From the NCBI GenBank assembly GCA_033442325.1, contig JAWQFM010000008.1:575851-639850 (forward strand): a stretch of 64,000 nt of DNA. The letters are read 5' to 3'. The position numbers were made by a program, and so were the translations under genes. The DNA comes from Salpingoeca rosetta. Lineage: Eukaryota; Protista; Choanoflagellata. The notes beneath the pieces are model-generated. The model worked only from the letters and a program-made list of their open reading frames with translations. It was not told the DNA's origin and did no database searches. Numbering within the stretch: the stretch's first letter is position 1; every line of letters begins with the position of its first letter. This document shows, piece by piece, positions 59,264-64,000 of this stretch.

Positions 59264-60651
59264 ATACGGGTGACGGCCACGGCCGCTTGTCCACAAGGCA
59301 CAGCACCTCAATGAGGGCCTCGAGGATGCGGCGGGACGCGAGAATCTGCATGTCCGTCCACACGACACCAGGCTTCATGGCCTGCTCCACGCTCGTCACT
59401 GGCGTGGGCGAGCAACGATTGGCCAAGCGGCAGCCACGGGTGACACACATGGCGGTGAGAAACACATTACAAATCAGCCATAACGCACCAGCACCAGCAC
59501 CAGCACCAGCAGCAGATGTGCACAGTTGTGTGCTTTGCAAGCAGGAGTTACACGGTATGTTGGGGTGCGTCCAAGCCACAGTGCGAGTTGGTATGCTGCT
59601 GTACTCACTGGCGTTGAGGACACCCTGGTAGACAATCTTCTGTTCCTCGGTGAACTTTCCGTTTGCCGGGTAGGAGGTGGTGATGTCACCAGCATAGCAG
59701 TGGTACTCGCCACCCATGTCAAGCAGCATGATGTCGCCATCCTGCACACACACACACACACACCACCAGCCGTAGCAAGAGGAGCAAATGTAAGACGCGC
59801 ACACACACACACACACGCACGTACGCACGTACACACGAACAAGAGTGCGAGCAACAGAAACAGAGGGAGAGCAGAGGATGTGGGTGCGGACCTTGATCTC
59901 ACGGTCGTTGGGGGCGCCGGCGTGGCCGTAGTGCAGGACAGCAGCGTTGGGCCCGCTGGCACAGATGGGCGTGTACGCAGTGCGGCGGCAGCCACCATGC
60001 ATGTACACGTGGAACTTGAAAATGGCCTCGAGTTGATACTAACAGTGGCGATGCAGGAACGTGCGTTGGTGTGCGTGCGTGTGTGTGCATGTGCGGATGG
60101 CGCGTGTTGTGAGCACTAACAAGTGACGAGTGTGTGCACACATGACGTCTGTGCAAGGGAACAAGCAAGCACGTGTGGAGAGCACGTTGCCGTGTGCGTG
60201 GACCAGGTGCTTCATCAGGTGTGCAGCGTACCTCGTACATGCCGGGCTTGATCTGGCGCATGGCTTCGACGTGGCCCTCAGAGGTCATCTGGCACCAATG
60301 CAGCAAGGCAACAACAGCGCGTCAGGACGAAGAATGGAGAGATCGCCACAGCACAAGGCAAGCAAACGCAATGCCAGTTTGGGAGTGTGTGCTGTCGACC
60401 TGGTTGACGAAGCGAAGGACATCAAGCTCCTCCTTGGTCTTGAACACACGCAGGTCCGCAATCACAGGGTGCAGCGTGTCCTTGTCAACCGTGAACTTGT
60501 CCATGCCCTCAAACGACGCCGGCTTCGAGTAAGCGCCGCTGTTGTCAGTTGTTGTGGAAGCAATGACCAAAAAGTGAGTGTTTCGAGCGCAGCAGGAAGA
60601 TCGCGGCCTGCTAAGCTCCGACACACACTCACTCGCACACACACACACACT

Positions 60652-60686
<35 letters not shown>

Positions 60687-61687
60687 CACACCACACGTTC
60701 GGAGAGGAGAACAAACCTGTCCGTGTTCTTGCCGTAGAGGACGTGCACGGTCTTGGAGGCGTAGTTGTCTTGCATGACCTGATCGCAGTGAAGAGTGGTC
60801 ACACAGGCAAACACAGTGAGGGAGGGCTTGCAACTTGTGTCATGACATGCACCGCTGCATCAAGCACAGACATGAATCGGCTGCAAGGGGAAAGACATTC
60901 GTTTGTGTATTTCACTCCTTTGATTGCAGGCGAGAGATGGATGTCCTCACCTTTGGGATCTCATCGACGTAGTACGCCTCGTCCACACCGTACTTCTTGG
61001 CAAACGTGCTTGGCGGCTCAATCTGAAACGACAGCAGCAGTTGTCACAGTAATGGTAGTGGTTGTGGTGATTTTTGGTGGCGGTGGATGTCAATGAATGG
61101 TTCAAGGAGACAAGAAGCAGGCAAGCAGGGGCAGGAGGAGCCGGAAGAATGCGCGGGTGCGTGAGAGAACACACAACAAGCGAGCATGTGATGAGCGTGC
61201 ACTCTGTCTGACCTTGCCCATCCACACGGCGTAGGCCTCAGGGAGACGTGGGATGAAAAGAATGCTCTTCTTGGTGTCAATGTCAATGGCGCCAGCAGTG
61301 CCGGCCTCAGCGCATCCGAACGCCCTGTTGTAGTTGCGGCAACACGACACAGCTTAGAAGCAACTCACTAGACGCGTTTGTTTGACGGGTGTTTGACAGG
61401 CTGGGGCGAACTGCCTCAGAAAGTGGTACTCTGCTCAAGTTATAAGCACACCAGCTTAACCCCCCACTATTCAAGCACAAGTCACACGCGTTGCTCCATA
61501 CCAGTGGAAGTAAGACTCTTGGCGGAAGAGGGGCTCGTGGTCCGTATCATTGCGGCACGCCTGTGCAGTTGGAAAGTGAAACGACACAATCACAGAACGT
61601 GAGGTGGAACCGGGATCATGCAGATGCGCTTGAGCATGGCGACATGCTTTGAGCATGAGCGGATGCACAAGGCACTGTGTGTGTGTG

Positions 61688-61736
<49 letters not shown>

Positions 61737-62010
61737 NNNNNNNNNNNNNNNNNNNNNNNNNNNNNNNNNNNNNNNNNNNNNNNNNNNNNNNNNNNNNNNN
61801 NNNNNNNNNNNNNNNNNNNNNNNNNNNNNNNNNNNNAGCTAGTGGCACATATGAGCATCAGACTGAGCGTCGCTACTTTACTTCGCCCTTCCAAAGACAA
61901 CCGGAGAAGGATGTCATGGCAGTGAGCAGGAGGAAGTTTGCGGGCGTATTTGGCGGCAGTGCTCACAAATCTCTACCAGTTCCTCTCTTATGGCCAACTA
62001 CAACCAAACA

Positions 62011-62094
<84 letters not shown>

Positions 62095-62177
62095 CGCATG
62101 CATGCATGGACAGACCTGTTGATCTTGTGGAGGGACATGGGCACACGAGCGGTGCGGTTTCCAAGCCAGTAATCCAT
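57794..62177 (-). CDS. PEPD: Xaa-Pro dipeptidase (prolidase, M24B), multi-exon; an N-terminal exon probably lies in the gap at 61737-61836
   Basis: FRQESYFHWAFG, ICASGPNAAVLHYGHAGAPND, LLDMGGEYHCYAGDIT, MPHGLGHFMGIDTHDVGGY, TVEPG and GGVRLEDN supply all the metal ligands. Confidence 0.95.
61737..61836. other. Assembly gap (100 N) inside PEPD
   Basis: N run adjacent to a (TG)n tract. Confidence 1.
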
Positions 62178-62412
62178 GCTTGCGGTTGCGAGTCGTGAGA
62201 GCAGCGATCCAGGGGTGCGAATGGTGGACAGTGATGTGTGCGTGTGTGTGTGCGGAGGGAAATGGTTGTTGGTCTTGTTTTGTTTGTGCGGCAGTGGAAG
62301 AAGTTGGCTTCTGCTTGGAGGATATGGACAATCTGTAGAAGATAACCAGCAATATTCGGCACGACTGTGCGCAAACGAAGAAAGACTTTCAGTCAAGCAG
62401 GCGAGGAGGAAA

Positions 62413-63864
<1,452 letters not shown>

Positions 63865-63949
63865 GTACGCGCCTGCGAAAGTTGGGGGGGGGACGGAGGG
63901 AGGAAAGGAGGGAGAGGAGGGAGAAGCGGGCAGGAACACGGTGTAGCGA

Positions 63950-64000
<51 letters not shown>

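Overview
This window is eukaryotic, gene-dense and intron-rich genomic DNA. It has GT-AG introns packed with (TG/CA)n, (CAA)n and (CATC)n microsatellites, polyQ/polyD/polyS/polyP coding tracts and three 100-N scaffold gaps. The style and gene content are most consistent with a choanoflagellate such as Salpingoeca rosetta (inference). Splicing by hand recovers 12 protein-coding genes: a ~2500-aa PPR protein (+), a PA-TM-RING E3 ligase (-), a low-complexity protein with a transposase-like HTH region (-), acylpeptide hydrolase APEH (+), NAA40/NatD (-), VPS51 (+), an ARM-repeat/TIR-like/coiled-coil protein (-), a class III-like myosin with a polyproline/WH2-like tail (+), an intronless non-canonical alpha/beta-hydrolase (-), a large low-complexity protein with a nuclear-receptor-like C4 zinc-finger pair (+), prolidase PEPD (-) and a ROGDI homolog (+, partial). 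Most ORFs in the six-frame track are microsatellite artefacts. The most interesting signals are visible only after splicing: the nuclear-receptor-like DNA-binding domain, the ARM-TIR protein lacking the catalytic Glu, the apparently domesticated transposase N-terminus, and 7-nt and 14-nt microexons. All homology calls come from motif recognition by eye, with no database searches.
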